DNA from: an uncultured Saprospiraceae bacterium
Lineage (GTDB): Bacteria > Bacteroidota > Bacteroidia > Chitinophagales > Saprospiraceae
Length of the DNA stretch: 54,550 nt
Direction of reading: 5' to 3'
Assembly (NCBI GenBank): GCA_964392655.1
Contig: CAYMQY010000001.1
Location: forward strand, 1 to 54,550
Under the pieces are notes generated by a model. The model ran no database searches. It was not told the origin of the DNA and saw only the letters and a list, made by a program, of their open reading frames with translations. Below, one piece after another: positions 43,036 to 53,210 of this stretch (position 1 is its first letter; each line of letters begins with the position of its first letter). The translations under genes and the position numbers were made by a program.

Positions 43036-43485
43036 ATGATACAACGTATTCAAACCTTATTCCTTTTGTTGGCTGCCGCCGCACTCGGGAGTCAATTTCT
43101 TGTTCCTTATTTACAAGTCTCTGAAGGCAATCCAGCCCGCACCATCACTACCCTTTCTGATGGCGTATTGACGCCTGCGGACAATCCGGGTATTCTGGGC
43201 CTTACCTCCCTTGGCGCCCTTATTTCAATAGCGGCCATTTTTCTGTTCAAAAACCGTCCGCTGCAAACAAGGCTCGCTCTTACCGCTGCCGGCATTAGTA
43301 TCATGCTGGTTGTATTGTTAGCCTTTACAACCAAAATGACGCTTGACCAGTCTCCTGAAGGTGGCACCATTCAGTTGGCCTTGGGATTGGCGTTTCCAGT
43401 AATAGCTGTCTTGCTTAACTGGCTGGCTGCGCGTGCTATTCGTAAGGATGAGACACTGGTGCGTTCGATGGACAGACTTCGATGA
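43036..43485 (+). CDS. DUF4293-family membrane protein
   Basis: MIQRIQTLFLLLAAAAL start, typical of the family, and four hydrophobic helices. Confidence 0.7.
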   Translation: MIQRIQTLFLLLAAAALGSQFLVPYLQVSEGNPARTITTLSDGVLTPADNPGILGLTSLGALISIAAIFLFKNRPLQTRLALTAAGISIMLVVLLAFTTKMTLDQSPEGGTIQLALGLAFPVIAVLLNWLAARAIRKDETLVRSMDRLR

Positions 43486-43681
43486 ATATTTCGTCGCTTC
43501 GGGAATGTTCTCTGGTTTTTGAATCTTGATTCACGTCATCTACCCGGATGACCAAACAGAGTATTCAGGTAGCATGCACTACCTGTATTTTGCACCCCGT
43601 CCGTCAGCACAGGCTTCTGCTGAAAATCTGTGGCCCATTTTGATTTCCTTTTTCTAAACATGGCCTACATTTGCGCTGTTT

Positions 43682-43698
43682 GGATTTTGTCTAAATCC
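43682..43698. promoter_or_regulatory. Palindrome immediately upstream of feoA (candidate operator)
   Basis: GGATTT-tgtct-AAATCC: 6-bp arms with a 5-nt spacer, ending 24 nt before the feoA ATG. Confidence 0.3.
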
Positions 43699-43722
43699 TG
43701 AACTACTCTTTCATACCTGACT

Positions 43723-43956
43723 ATGCAACGCCGCTATCGAACGATCCCTGATTTGAAAGTACACGAAAGTGCACGTGCGCTCGCATTCGAAGACCCAATT
43801 CTTGCCGGCAAATTAACTGCCATGGGTCTTTTACCCGGTACTTTGATCGAGATGGTGCGACGAGCTCCCTTCGGCAACGCCTATTATATCAAAGCCGACG
43901 GTGTTCGACTTGCCCTCCGTAATGAAGAAGCATCCAGTATTTTGATTGACGCATGA
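43723..43956 (+). CDS. feoA: Ferrous iron transport protein A
   Basis: 77-aa FeoA-like SH3 fold pattern (LTAMGLLPGTLIEMVRRAPFGNAYYIKADGVRLALR). It overlaps feoB by ATGA. Confidence 0.8.
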   Translation: MQRRYRTIPDLKVHESARALAFEDPILAGKLTAMGLLPGTLIEMVRRAPFGNAYYIKADGVRLALRNEEASSILIDA

Positions 43957-46082
43957 GAGATCAACTCGGGGATAAACTGCCGAATATTGCCTTGGTGGGA
44001 AATCCCAACAGCGGGAAGTCCACTATCTTCAATCAATTGACGGGATTGCGTCAGAAGACCGGAAACTTTCCGGGTATCACAGTAGATGTAAAAGAAGGAC
44101 GCTTTCACTTACCCAATGGGCAGGAAGCGATACTAACCGACTTGCCGGGTACCTATAGTCTGTACCCAACGGCATCCGATGAAAAAATTGTAGCAACTGT
44201 ACTCTGCAACCCGGAAGACGCGCATTACCCCGATGCAGTCGTGTACGTAGCCGACGCCACTCATTTAGAAAAGCACCTGCTTTTACTTACCCAGCTCTTG
44301 GATCTCAACTTCCCGGTTGTGCTTGCACTCAATATGTCGGATACTGCTGCCCAAATCGGTATCAAGGTACATGCAGCAAAACTGGCCGAACGCCTTGGGA
44401 TACCTGTGCTAATGGTGAGCGGGCGTACAGGAGAGAATATACCCAGGCTACTGGGTGAAATCGAAAAATTGATTCACACCCCGCTATCCAAACGAAAGGG
44501 TTTTTACTCGTTCTCAGAGACAGAAAAACAAATAGCCGAAGCAGTATGTCTGAACCTGAACATATCCAGTCCCTACGCTGCTCTTTTAATAGCCCACCAT
44601 CATACCTGGCTTCCTTTTCTGACTTCGCAACAATCCAGTACTATATCAACTATCGTTCAAAACAAAGGGTTTTCGTCATTGAAAAACCAGGTGGACGAGA
44701 CATTGGAGCGATACGACCGGTTTACGCCGATCGTGCAAGACAGCGTACAACGCCCGCCTCAGTTTCCGAGTACGCCAACCGATCGAATTGATGAAGTGGT
44801 AACGCATAGGTGGTTTGGCCCATTCATATTTTTTGCAGTCATGCTTCTTGTTTTTCAGTCTATTTATGACTGGAGTACCATACCAATGGATTTAATCGAA
44901 TCTTTTTTCTCCAACCTGAACGTCGGTTTAAAAGACAACCTGCCTGTACACTGGACCACCGATTTGTTGACTGATGGTGTGTTGGCAGGATTGAGCGGCA
45001 TTCTGGTATTTGTGCCTCAAATTGCCATCCTGTTTTTTTTAGTTACCCTTTTGGAAGAAGTCGGCTACATGGCCCGTGTTGTTTTTATGTTTGACAAAAC
45101 AATGCGGCGATTCGGAATGAACGGAAGAAGTGTAGTGGCCCTTATCAGCGGCGGGGCCTGTGCCGTTCCGGCCATTATGAGTAGCCGTACCATTGGAAAC
45201 TGGAAGGAACGGCTCATTACAGTCATGGTGACGCCCTTTATCAGTTGCAGCGCACGACTGCCGGTTTATGCCGTGTTGATTGGCCTGGCTGTTCCGGCAA
45301 AAAAGGTGTTCTGGATTTTCACGTGGCAAAGCCTGACCTTCGGAAGTATGTATGCACTTGGTGTGGTAGCAGCGCTTGGCTCTGGTTATGCGATGAAAAA
45401 AATACTGCGCACACACGAAGCCTCCTATCTAGCCATTGAGTTACCGGTCTATAGAGTTCCACATTGGAAAAACTTGTGGCTGAACGTCTTGGAAAAAGTG
45501 TCGGCTTTCGTAATCGGTGCCGGAAAAATAATTCTCATTATTTCCGTCGTGCTTTGGGCATTAGCCAGTTTTGGGCCGGGTACTGCAATGGAACAAGCCG
45601 CGGCTTCAGCCCATTCAACAGCTTCTTTACAAGAACTCGACAGTGCAGCGACCGATGACTTGGTGGCAGCCTACAAATTAGAAGCGTCCTACGCCGGTTA
45701 CCTGGGAAAAGTAATCGAACCGGCTATTCGTCCTTTGGGCTACGACTGGAAAATTGGTATTGCAATAATCGCCTCATTTGCGGCACGGGAAGTATTCGTG
45801 GGTACCATGTCCACCATATACAGTATTGGTAGTGCCGAAGACGATGTTTTGCTGCGCGAAAAAATGCGCTCGGCCACATTCGACGATTCCGGCCTCCCGA
45901 TCTACACGCTTGCCACAGCACTTTCGTTATTAGTATTTTACGCCTTGGCCATGCAGTGCATGAGTACGCTCGCAGTGGTTAAACGCGAGACCGGAAGTTG
46001 GAAGTGGCCTTTAATTCAGTTTAGTTTTATGAGTACCTTGGCATACATGCTGGCATGGATTGTTTACAATTTGTTCATTTGA
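43953..46082 (+). CDS. feoB: Ferrous iron transporter B
   Basis: N-terminal G-domain GNPNSGKSTIFNQLTG, DLPGTYSL and NMSD, followed by a large polytopic permease. Confidence 0.95.
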   Translation: MRDQLGDKLPNIALVGNPNSGKSTIFNQLTGLRQKTGNFPGITVDVKEGRFHLPNGQEAILTDLPGTYSLYPTASDEKIVATVLCNPEDAHYPDAVVYVADATHLEKHLLLLTQLLDLNFPVVLALNMSDTAAQIGIKVHAAKLAERLGIPVLMVSGRTGENIPRLLGEIEKLIHTPLSKRKGFYSFSETEKQIAEAVCLNLNISSPYAALLIAHHHTWLPFLTSQQSSTISTIVQNKGFSSLKNQVDETLERYDRFTPIVQDSVQRPPQFPSTPTDRIDEVVTHRWFGPFIFFAVMLLVFQSIYDWSTIPMDLIESFFSNLNVGLKDNLPVHWTTDLLTDGVLAGLSGILVFVPQIAILFFLVTLLEEVGYMARVVFMFDKTMRRFGMNGRSVVALISGGACAVPAIMSSRTIGNWKERLITVMVTPFISCSARLPVYAVLIGLAVPAKKVFWIFTWQSLTFGSMYALGVVAALGSGYAMKKILRTHEASYLAIELPVYRVPHWKNLWLNVLEKVSAFVIGAGKIILIISVVLWALASFGPGTAMEQAAASAHSTASLQELDSAATDDLVAAYKLEASYAGYLGKVIEPAIRPLGYDWKIGIAIIASFAAREVFVGTMSTIYSIGSAEDDVLLREKMRSATFDDSGLPIYTLATALSLLVFYALAMQCMSTLAVVKRETGSWKWPLIQFSFMSTLAYMLAWIVYNLFI

Positions 46083-46370
46083 GGAAAAAGCCGTGGAAAA
46101 CTTTTCAGTAAAACAGTAGATTTCCACAAACGGAATCAAGTTTTGAAGGGGAGCGGGAAATTAAACGCTCTCCTGTGCAGAACCCGCGTGCCGGCCAACG
46201 GAAATTCACACCCGGTCCTTATGTGAAACGACTAATAGCATCCGGAGAATAATTCCCCACATACATGTGAATAGTGCTCCAACAAGTTGAACAAGAACAG
46301 CATGCAGCATCAAATTTGTGTGCATAACCCGCATAAAAGTATTAATCAAAAAATAGATGTGAGCAGTTAT

Positions 46371-46468
46371 GGGGTTTTCCACAAATTAACACCGCTGATG
46401 ATGAGGGGTGATTTTTAAATTTTAAAAATTTTAAATTAACTATTAATAATAAGGATGTGGAAAACCCC
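46371..46468. repeat. 13-nt perfect inverted repeat (GGGGTTTTCCACA / TGTGGAAAACCCC) flanking an AT-rich tract upstream of ctaA
   Basis: Arms lie at 46371-46383 and 46456-46468. Two further copies of the GTGGAAA core lie at 46093-46101 (+) and 46121-46130 (reverse). Confidence 0.6.
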
Positions 46469-46524
46469 CGAGTCAAAAGCAGGTATCGCCTGTTTTAAGG
46501 CTTTTCACATCCCTTTGTATTATC

Positions 46525-47613
46525 ATGTCCATGTTGTCATTTACCGAACAAACAAAAATCCCTCGCGCTGTAAAAATTTGGCTTACTGCGGGACTTGTCA
46601 TGATTTTCTTGCAAATCATCATTGGCGGGGTCACTCGCCTGACTGGTAGTGGGCTGAGTATTACCCGCTGGGAAATTGTGACCGGTTCTGTGCCGCCCCT
46701 GACCGATGCTGACTGGCAAGAAGCCTTCGATTTGTACAAGGCTACACCGCAGTATGCCAAGATCAATGAGGGTATGTCCATGGAAGCGTTCAAATTCATC
46801 TACTTTTGGGAATACTTTCACCGGGTATGGGCACGCCTGATGTTTTTTGTTTTTATCATTCCATTTGGATGGTTTTTGTGGCGCGGTATGTTTTCAAAAC
46901 GGATGGTTCCTCAATTGCTAACAGTAATGTTTCTGGCCGGCCTTGAAGGTTTCTTTGGCTGGATCATGGTTGCCAGCGGACTCATCAAACGCCCTTGGGT
47001 AAATGCATACAACCTTACCCTTCACCTGTGTATGGCTTTGATAATTTTTGGCTACTTGCTTTGGATAACGTTCTCGGCATATCAACCCACAGTACGTGTT
47101 TTCCACAATCGAGTGTTGAAACAATTTTCGCTGGCACTGCTTGGAGTCGCATTTATTCAAATTGCCCTCGGCGCACTAATGTCTGGAACCAAAGCCGGCC
47201 TTTTTATCCCGACCTGGCCAGATATGCATGGTGCTTATATGCCTCAACTTTTGTGGGACTCAAACCATTGGACCATGGATAGTTTTGTGCACTATGACTC
47301 TAATCCGTTTATGCCAACTCTCATTCAATTTTTGCATAGAAATGTGGCTTATGTTTTAACAATTATGTGTTTATACTTTTATTTTAAAACTAATAAATTA
47401 TCCCTTTCGGCCATATTTCTAAAAGCAAATCGTTTGCTGCTTGGGATGCTGGCTCTTCAAGTCGTATTGGGTGTGCTCACTTTGGTCAATTGTAAATCCA
47501 CAATTCCTGTTGTTCTGGGGGTTCTTCACCAGGCAGGAGCAGTCCTTTTGTTTGGAACAATCGTTTTTGTAGTTTACCAAACCTTTGCAGGGAGGACCGT
47601 AGCAGAGGGATAG
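46525..47613 (+). CDS. ctaA: Heme A synthase (COX15/CtaA family)
   Basis: IIIGGVTRLTGSGLSITRWE is a COX15 hallmark. Polytopic membrane protein with conserved His residues (HRVWA, LHLCMA, LHRNVA, VLHQAGA). Confidence 0.85.
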   Translation: MSMLSFTEQTKIPRAVKIWLTAGLVMIFLQIIIGGVTRLTGSGLSITRWEIVTGSVPPLTDADWQEAFDLYKATPQYAKINEGMSMEAFKFIYFWEYFHRVWARLMFFVFIIPFGWFLWRGMFSKRMVPQLLTVMFLAGLEGFFGWIMVASGLIKRPWVNAYNLTLHLCMALIIFGYLLWITFSAYQPTVRVFHNRVLKQFSLALLGVAFIQIALGALMSGTKAGLFIPTWPDMHGAYMPQLLWDSNHWTMDSFVHYDSNPFMPTLIQFLHRNVAYVLTIMCLYFYFKTNKLSLSAIFLKANRLLLGMLALQVVLGVLTLVNCKSTIPVVLGVLHQAGAVLLFGTIVFVVYQTFAGRTVAEG

Positions 47614-47796
47614 ATTTTGTTTGGTTATTAACAAGGTTATCCACAATTAATAAGTGTTTTTTTGATTAGATACATGCGAAAGAAATGTGCCAGCAACCTT
47701 AACCTGGAGATTATTTGAAATGAAGAGAGAGGGAGGCAACAATCCGCTATAATCCCTACTTTAGCTCATCATCTTTTGAATACCTACTTCCACGCA

Positions 47797-48591
47797 ATGA
47801 ATGTTCCGGTCTTAGAAGAAAGTGGATTCAAGTATATTGAATCCGGCAAGCAAGGGGGAGAGACTCTGCTCTTGTTGCATGGGCTTTTTGGTGCGCTCAG
47901 TAACTTTGAATCCATTTTCAAACGCTTTTCCGGCGAATACAATGTCGTGATACCAATGCTTCCAATCTACGAAATGCCAATTCTGGAAGTATCGGTAGTT
48001 GGGCTGGTAGATTTTGTCTCAAGGTTTGTTTCATTCAAAAAGTATGATAAAGTGCATCTCTTGGGTAATTCACTTGGTGGACACATTGCGCTGCTATACG
48101 CAATTGCGCATCCTGAGCATGTTGCCTCGATCACTTTGACGGGTAGTTCTGGGTTATTCGAAAGTGCTTTTGGAACCGCTTTCCCCAAAAGAGGCGATTA
48201 CGATTACATTAAAAAGAAAACAGGCGACACGTTCTACGACCCGTCTGTTGCTACCAAGGAACTGGTAGACGAGGTATTCAGCATTGTAAATGATCGGCTA
48301 AAAGGTCTTCGTGTCGTTATGACTGCCAAATCTGCTGTTCGGCATAATCTGGCTGACAAGTTGCATAACATAAAAGCCCCGACACTTTTGGTATGGGGAA
48401 AACAGGATGCTGTAACGCCCCCGTTTGTTGGCGAACAATTCCATGAATTAATTGCCGATTCTCGACTACACTTTTTAGACAAATGTGGCCACGCTCCAAT
48501 GATGGAGAAGCCGGGAGAGTTCAATGATATCCTTGAGGACTTTTTAAAGGAAGTAATTGAAAAGAGAAGACTCACAAAAGTGGAGGCTTAA
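47797..48591 (+). CDS. Alpha/beta-fold hydrolase
   Basis: LLLLHGLFG, nucleophile elbow GNSLGGH, and late CGHAPMME. The track start at 47776 is TTG; ATG lies at 47797. Confidence 0.8.
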   Translation: MNVPVLEESGFKYIESGKQGGETLLLLHGLFGALSNFESIFKRFSGEYNVVIPMLPIYEMPILEVSVVGLVDFVSRFVSFKKYDKVHLLGNSLGGHIALLYAIAHPEHVASITLTGSSGLFESAFGTAFPKRGDYDYIKKKTGDTFYDPSVATKELVDEVFSIVNDRLKGLRVVMTAKSAVRHNLADKLHNIKAPTLLVWGKQDAVTPPFVGEQFHELIADSRLHFLDKCGHAPMMEKPGEFNDILEDFLKEVIEKRRLTKVEA

Positions 48592-48604
48592 TGCAATTAC
48601 TTTT

Positions 48605-49912
48605 TCATTGCAGATTATCAAGTAGCCAGCTGCGAAAATTGCTATACGATGGATGCATGGGAATAGATACTTTTTCAGCAGAATGAAGTCTCGCTAAAGT
48701 TGAAGGCATGGATATTTCCGTACCCAATATCGTTTCTACTTCCTCCTTGAACTTGGCAAAATGTGCCGTTTCCAGCACTATTCCTAGTGTCTGACTCTTA
48801 ATTATTTCCTGATACTTTTTCCAGGCCAGGTAGCCTACTGCTCCGTGAGGATCAAGAATATAGTTGTGGGTCGTGTAAACGTATTGCATGGCTTCACGAG
48901 TTTGGATGTCATCGAAAGCAAAACCAGATATATGTTTCTGCATCATGTTCCACGTGGAACCATATAGATGTAGCATTCGTGCAAAGTTGGAGGGGTTGCC
49001 GACATCCATTGCATTGGAAATTGTTCGAATACTTGGGCGAGGGATGAATATGCCGGACGATAAATATGCCGGAACTATATCATTTGCGTTGGTAGCGGCA
49101 ATGAAGTGATGCACAGGAAGCCCCATCTTTCGGGCCATCAACCCCGCTGTCAGGTTGCCAAAATTTCCCGAGGGCACTGAAAAAACGATTGGCCTTTTTT
49201 TGTAAGCCACTTGCTTGTAGGCCTCCCAGTAATACATAACCTGGGGAATCAGTCGAGAGATATTAATGCTATTGGCCGAACTGAGACGAGAAAGTTGGCG
49301 CAGTTCGTTATCTAAAAAAGCCTGCTTAACCAACCTTTGGCATTCATCAAAAGTACCCTTTACTTCGATGGCTGAAATATTATGACCCAATGAGGTAAGT
49401 TGTTTTTCCTGTATTGGGCTGACTTGACCAGAAGGGTACAAAATGACGACACGAATTCCCGGCATTTGCAAGAATCCTGCTGCTACCGCTCCACCAGTGT
49501 CTCCGGAAGTTGCTACCAGAATGGTCAGGGGTTGCGTTTCTCCCATATTAAAGTAGGCCATTACTTGCGCCATAAATCGCGCACCAAAATCTTTAAAGGC
49601 TAGGGTGGGGCCGTGAAAAAGTTCGAGAATACCAGTTGAATCATCTAAATGAATAACCGGAGCAGGAAAGTTTATCGCTCCGGTTATAATCCGTTCTAAA
49701 TCCCGAACTGGTATTTCCTCTCCGACAAATGCCCTGGCTATTCCTAAGGCGATTTCCTGAAAGGTCAGATGTTTCAAATGAGTTGAAAATTCTTCAGGCA
49801 TAACCGGTATTTCTACCGGCATAAAAAGCCCGTTATCTGCTGGAAGCCCTTGGAAAATTGCTTCGCGAAGGCTTGTTCTAAGCGCTGGATTATTGGTGCT
49901 GTATAACTGCAT
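48605..49912 (-). CDS. thrC: Threonine synthase
   Basis: PLP-lysine context FHGPTLAFKDFGARF, plus TSGDTGGAVA and SANSINISR. Confidence 0.9.
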   Translation of the reverse strand: MQLYSTNNPALRTSLREAIFQGLPADNGLFMPVEIPVMPEEFSTHLKHLTFQEIALGIARAFVGEEIPVRDLERIITGAINFPAPVIHLDDSTGILELFHGPTLAFKDFGARFMAQVMAYFNMGETQPLTILVATSGDTGGAVAAGFLQMPGIRVVILYPSGQVSPIQEKQLTSLGHNISAIEVKGTFDECQRLVKQAFLDNELRQLSRLSSANSINISRLIPQVMYYWEAYKQVAYKKRPIVFSVPSGNFGNLTAGLMARKMGLPVHHFIAATNANDIVPAYLSSGIFIPRPSIRTISNAMDVGNPSNFARMLHLYGSTWNMMQKHISGFAFDDIQTREAMQYVYTTHNYILDPHGAVGYLAWKKYQEIIKSQTLGIVLETAHFAKFKEEVETILGTEISMPSTLARLHSAEKVSIPMHPSYSNFRSWLLDNLQ

Positions 49913-49987
49913 GTGAGTTGTTGTCGTGGTATGGAATGTGGAACAATACTATTATTGGCGGCCAATGTTCCATGTGGAACATTACTG

Positions 49988-51607
49988 TTAGATTTTGGTA
50001 ATGCGAATTTCTACGCGGCGGTTTAGGGCGCGTTGCTCTTCTGTAGTATTTGTACTCACGGGGTACTTCGGGCCATGTCCCTCAGTGGTAATTCGGTACG
50101 ACGCAATGCCTTTCCCAATCAGGAATTCGCGGATAGCTAACGCCCGTTTTTCAGATAATAAAAGCAAGTCCTCTGCTTTGCCGACATTATCCGTGTGCCC
50201 TTCAATACGAATCTCCAGTCCCGGATTATCTGACAGTATACGGGCTAAGCGATCCAGTTCAGAGTGAGATTTTTCCAAAATGATCGCTGTAGATTGCTGA
50301 AAATAAATTGTCCGCAGTTCAATTTTATCATTCACTTCCAATGGATTCATCCAAAGGTCTACTTGATAGTAGTCCTGAAAAAAATAGTAATCCTGTCGAA
50401 AAATGACTTCTTCTGTTTGCCCTGTGAATGCTCCTTTCTCGGGGGTGAGGAAGAAGCGGACGCCTTTAGGGATTTTGAGCGTGAAAAATCCATCTGTAGA
50501 AGTCAGTGTGTTTTCCGGTGTATTGGCTGCTCCATAACGGATCGTTGCATCCGGCATCAGTTCATGGGTCTTTCGGTTAAACACGCGTCCTCGAATGGTA
50601 AATTCTGTGGGTTGTGGAGGGGCAATGCGCACGCGAAAAATGTCGCTGTTTCCATCCCGGGTGGAAGTGAAATACAGATAACCGGAGGTCATGTTGAAAT
50701 ACGGCTGACTTTCATCATCTCGGGAGTTTATCGGCTCTACAAGCCGTTGCGGCTCACTCCAGTTTTTCCAGGTGTCGTCGAGGCGTTTGCACATAAAGAT
50801 GTCATTGCCTCCCGAACTTTCCCAGCGGTTGGAGGAGAAAAAAAGCGTCAGATTATCTTCCGAAAGGAATGGGGTAGTTTCCCGTTTTTCAGAATTCACG
50901 GTACGGCCCAGGTGCTGAGGAGCGCTCCATTTATTGTTGCCGATGTTGAAACAAACGAACAAGTCCATGTCCCGGGAGTCGTGCCGAACTGCTGACAGAA
51001 TTAATACCTGACCATCGAAACTCATGGTCAGGTTTACATCGGAGGTGATGGTATAGTACTCGGCGATTTCGACTGCTACAGGGAAGGTCCACACACTGTC
51101 TACCCGTCGGATAAGAGAAAACCCTTTTGTCATGTCTCCTTTTTCCGAAAACTGGTTGATGCAGTAGAACGCGTTTGGATCGGGCGTGATACAGGTGATG
51201 CTGTTAGGCAAGGCATTGTTGAGCGGTTCAGCCGGATGCTCCAGATAATAGAAATTCGCTGCAGTGTCGCTTTCTGCAATCCATACATCCTGATTGAATG
51301 GTGAAGTGGCAGGATTGAGCACCGGTTTGCCTGCCAGTTCGGAATAGGCCGTACGCAAGATGCGTTCGTACTTTTCCGGCGGATACTTTTTGTGCAAATC
51401 TACACTGTCGAGAAACAGGTACCGGTTAAATTCAGGGTAGGCCACCCGGGTAAAATACAACGTGTTGCCGTCGCGGCTGGGCACGGGTGTGATTTCGTCA
51501 TAAGACGAGTTAATAAACTCCGGCAATTTTTCGAGTTGGAACAGAACCTCGTTTTGGGCGGGAACGATCAGCGGGAATAATACTAAAAATACAAACAGGT
51601 ACTTCAT
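49988..51607 (-). CDS. OmpA-family protein with TolB-like repeats and a carboxypeptidase-regulatory-like domain
   Basis: Trimmed to ATG 51607 (MKYLFVFLVLFPLIVPAQ). The C-terminus reads IEGHTDNVGKAEDLLLLSEKRALAIREFL...NRRVEIRI. Confidence 0.85.
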   Translation of the reverse strand: MKYLFVFLVLFPLIVPAQNEVLFQLEKLPEFINSSYDEITPVPSRDGNTLYFTRVAYPEFNRYLFLDSVDLHKKYPPEKYERILRTAYSELAGKPVLNPATSPFNQDVWIAESDTAANFYYLEHPAEPLNNALPNSITCITPDPNAFYCINQFSEKGDMTKGFSLIRRVDSVWTFPVAVEIAEYYTITSDVNLTMSFDGQVLILSAVRHDSRDMDLFVCFNIGNNKWSAPQHLGRTVNSEKRETTPFLSEDNLTLFFSSNRWESSGGNDIFMCKRLDDTWKNWSEPQRLVEPINSRDDESQPYFNMTSGYLYFTSTRDGNSDIFRVRIAPPQPTEFTIRGRVFNRKTHELMPDATIRYGAANTPENTLTSTDGFFTLKIPKGVRFFLTPEKGAFTGQTEEVIFRQDYYFFQDYYQVDLWMNPLEVNDKIELRTIYFQQSTAIILEKSHSELDRLARILSDNPGLEIRIEGHTDNVGKAEDLLLLSEKRALAIREFLIGKGIASYRITTEGHGPKYPVSTNTTEEQRALNRRVEIRITKI

Positions 51608-51708
51608 GGGTGGGTGGGAGTAGTAGGTAACAAAGATAGGCCGACAAGCACCGGGCCAAAAAACGCGAGCCGACAAATCTTTGTTACCTACCCCACCGGA
51701 ATCTGTTT

Positions 51709-52782
51709 TCAATAATCATCTTCTTCAATGCCGTTATCTCCGGCGATCACCGGGGCGGCGGAAGCAGAACGGGCAGGCGAACCGGATGCCACTTTTTCCT
51801 TGATTTTTTGCTCAATCTCTGCAGCCATTTCCGGATTGTCCTGCAAAAATTGTTTGGCGGCATCGCGACCCTGAGCAATTTTAGCACCTTCATAGCTGTA
51901 CCAGGCGCCGCTTTTTTGAATGATGTCGAGATCGGCGCCTAGGTCAATTATTTCGCCGACTTTGGAAATCCCCTGCCCGAAAACGATGTCGAACGAAGCC
52001 ACCCGGAACGGTGGAGAGAGTTTGTTTTTCACCACTTTTACTTTTACCTGATTGCCCACCACGTTGCCGTCTTTGTCTTTCATGGCAGCCCCGCTCTTAC
52101 GAATATCGAGGCGAATGGAAGCATAAAATTTTAGTGCATTGCCGCCGGTGGTTGTTTCCGGGTTGCCGAACATCACGCCAATCTTTTCACGCAATTGATT
52201 GATGAAAATACAGCAACAACCCGTGCGGCCAATTGCTGCAGTGAGTTTACGCATAGCCTGACTCATCAGACGGGCTTGCAAACCCATCTTGGAGTCGCCC
52301 ATTTCACCTTCGATTTCCGAGCGTGGAACAAGCGCAGCCACTGAGTCCACCACAACAATATCTACGGCGCCGGAACGGATGAGGTTTTCCGCAATCTCCA
52401 GTGCCTGTTCTCCATTGTCTGGCTGACTGATGAGCAAGTCGTTTACATTTACGCCGAGATGTTCGGCGTAAAAACGATCAAAAGCGTGCTCGGCGTCAAT
52501 GATGGCCGCAATGCCGCCTTTTTTCTGGCATTCAGCAACAGCATGGATAGCAAGGGTGGTTTTACCGGAAGATTCTGGCCCGTAAATTTCGATAATCCGA
52601 CCTTTGGGATAACCATAACAGCCAAGAGCAATATCCAGACCTAAAGAACCGGAAGGAATTACTTCCACTTCCACGGCCTGCTTGTCGCCAAGGCGCATGA
52701 TTGTGCCCTTGCCGTAAGTTTTGTCGAGGCGGTCAATTGTCGCCTGCAAGGTTTTGAGTTTGTTGTCTTTTTCCGTTGACAT
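51709..52782 (-). CDS. recA: Recombinase A
   Basis: Contains [38 protein letters not shown] and [31 protein letters not shown]. Confidence 0.97.
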   Translation of the reverse strand: MSTEKDNKLKTLQATIDRLDKTYGKGTIMRLGDKQAVEVEVIPSGSLGLDIALGCYGYPKGRIIEIYGPESSGKTTLAIHAVAECQKKGGIAAIIDAEHAFDRFYAEHLGVNVNDLLISQPDNGEQALEIAENLIRSGAVDIVVVDSVAALVPRSEIEGEMGDSKMGLQARLMSQAMRKLTAAIGRTGCCCIFINQLREKIGVMFGNPETTTGGNALKFYASIRLDIRKSGAAMKDKDGNVVGNQVKVKVVKNKLSPPFRVASFDIVFGQGISKVGEIIDLGADLDIIQKSGAWYSYEGAKIAQGRDAAKQFLQDNPEMAAEIEQKIKEKVASGSPARSASAAPVIAGDNGIEEDDY

Positions 52783-52810
52783 AAGCTGCGTTGTTTATTG
52801 AAAGTGGCGA

Positions 52811-52818
52811 CAAAAATA
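52811..52818 (-). promoter_or_regulatory. Candidate Bacteroidota -7 promoter box (TAnnTTTG) upstream of recA
   Basis: The minus strand reads TATTTTTG, ending 28 nt upstream of the recA ATG (52782). This matches the published -7 consensus. Confidence 0.35.
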
Positions 52819-53210
52819 AACAAAATGTTTTTGTGTGTATATCTGACGATATATTTTTTTAAACTCAATTTGTCCCCTAACTAGTTGATTTAATTGAAAA
52901 ACAAAGGATTAGTTCATCCAGATGCCCAAATAAATCTTGAAAAAAACATCTAAAAATGTTGCCGAAACATATCCTGGCTCTTCGGGAACACGTGAAAATG
53001 TTGGGTTAGTCGAGTATAAAACTAATTTTTTTGTTTCAAAAAAAACGCTGTTCCAAATTCTGCTAAACCGTTTTTTGCCCCGTGGTGCTGTAGATGAACA
53101 TCTCGGCAAATCCAGGGTTTTACTGCGAATTTGGTGTAGCATAGACAACTTTGACGAAGTTTGCACCCTGTGAAATTGAAATACACAAAACACTTCAACG
53201 GCCCGACGAA

